This document shows positions 63,670-64,000 of a DNA stretch of 64,000 bases, piece after piece; within the stretch, counting starts at the first letter, position 1, and the number at the start of each line of letters is the position of its first letter. Below the pieces are notes generated by a model. The model did not search any database. It saw nothing but the letters and a program-made list of their open reading frames with translations, and had not been told where the DNA came from. Position numbers and translations under genes: made by a program. Source of the DNA: Ophelia neglecta (lineage: Eukaryota); the NCBI GenBank assembly GCA_965285935.1, contig OZ260663.1:102982001-103046000 (forward strand). Direction: 5' to 3'.

Positions 63670-64000
63670 CTTGTGGGACAAATCGAATACCATGAAGTGG
63701 GCAGCAACACCGAGAATGGTTTTAAATCAGATAGCAGAACAGAGGGTCTGATAAGAATAGCACGTCAATACATACTGTGATAAGTATATTTAATTCTGTA
63801 TGTAAATAAACGTATGTATGTAAATGCCTTAGTAAGCATCATTGGGCATTTAGTATAAATCTCTAGGCGGGGAGTGGGGGGGGGGCAAACCAGCGGCGGT
63901 GGGAGGGGGTGGACGCCAAAGCAGATGCGGTCGGAAGGAGGGGGGGGGGGAGGGAGGAAGGGGGGGGGGCAGGGCAAACCAAATGCGGTGGGAGGGGGTG

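Overview
AT-rich, intron-rich animal genomic DNA. The V-SINE and MITE content suggests a lophotrochozoan invertebrate, possibly a mollusc (inference). I reconstructed three spliced loci by hand from GT-AG sites and exon phases. (1) An intact 31-exon nardilysin-like M16A metallopeptidase (+, 7667-24828, 1042 aa); its zinc ligands are intact but several normally conserved substrate-binding residues are substituted. (2) A TRAF2-like unprocessed pseudogene (-, 38368-28655) with three disabling lesions and all splice sites intact. (3) An intact 9-exon GPR143/OA1-like GPCR (-, 54637-46373, 330 aa). The rest is mobile DNA: a young 5'-truncated CR1-group LINE, older LINE tails, four V-SINE copies, a Kolobok-like element with two inward-facing promoters, a decayed hAT transposase, several MITE families, a Penelope-type hammerhead-like motif and minisatellites. 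I see no prokaryotic system, CRISPR array or true tRNA/rRNA gene. The best candidate for novel biology is the nardilysin paralog with a remodelled active site and a fossil duplicate exon. Comparisons to human proteins are from memory, not from a search.
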